Positions 23,816 through 23,969 of a DNA stretch of 23,969 nucleotides are shown here, one piece after another (within the stretch, counting starts at the first letter, position 1; every line of letters starts with the position of its first letter). The DNA lies in contig DASXQR010000198.1 in NCBI GenBank assembly GCA_036507075.1, positions 1 through 23,969 on the forward strand, in the 5' to 3' direction. Position numbers and translations under genes: made by a program. This stretch comes from Acidobacteriota bacterium. GTDB lineage: Bacteria > Acidobacteriota > UBA6911 > JACQSX01. The notes beneath the pieces are model-generated. The model searched no databases. It was not told the origin of the DNA and worked only from the letters and a program-made list of their open reading frames with translations.

Positions 23816-23969
23816 CTCTCAGTCTCTCAGTCCCTCAGTCTCTCAGTCCCTCAGTCTCTCAGTCCCTCAGTCTCTCAGTCCCTCAGTCTCTCAGTTCTCT
23901 CAGTCTCTCAGTTCTCTCAGTCTCTCAGTTCTCTCAGTCTCTCAGTTCTCTCAGTCTCTCAGTTCTCTC
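23815..23969. repeat. Tandem array of 8/9-bp units (TCTCTCAG / TCCCTCAG / TTCTCTCAG), running off the window end
   Basis: About 19 units; tccctcag-tctctcag alternation (16-bp period) followed by ttctctcag-tctctcag alternation (17-bp period). Confidence 0.95.

Overview
GC-rich bacterial window, most likely Acidobacteriota (inferred from Oar-type TonB-dependent receptors with N-terminal carboxypeptidase-regulatory domains, a Gly-rich TonB and the respiratory gene set). It has three gene blocks. (1) 1-11550: a minus-strand uptake/catabolism locus (two TonB-dependent receptors, a HEAT-metallophosphatase, a CBM9-like protein and an amidohydrolase, all with signal peptides) converging on a tonB gene. 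(2) 12084-13974: a secreted CbiX/SirB-like chelatase, two small ORFs missed by the ORF track (58 aa two-TM protein; 55 aa helical protein) and a 2x[4Fe-4S] ferredoxin. (3) 14244-23815: a minus-strand respiratory/heme cluster (octaheme cytochrome c, cupredoxin-like lipoprotein, ctaA, ctaB, DUF420, HEAT/lipoyl-like protein, ABC exporter). The most striking signal is non-coding. Every intergenic gap longer than about 60 bp holds a palindromic or short-tandem-repeat element (13 in 24 kb, at least 6 sequence families). Many are built from inverted arrays of 7-9 bp units, some are nested, and no transposase gene is present in the window. No rRNA, tRNA or CRISPR array was seen.
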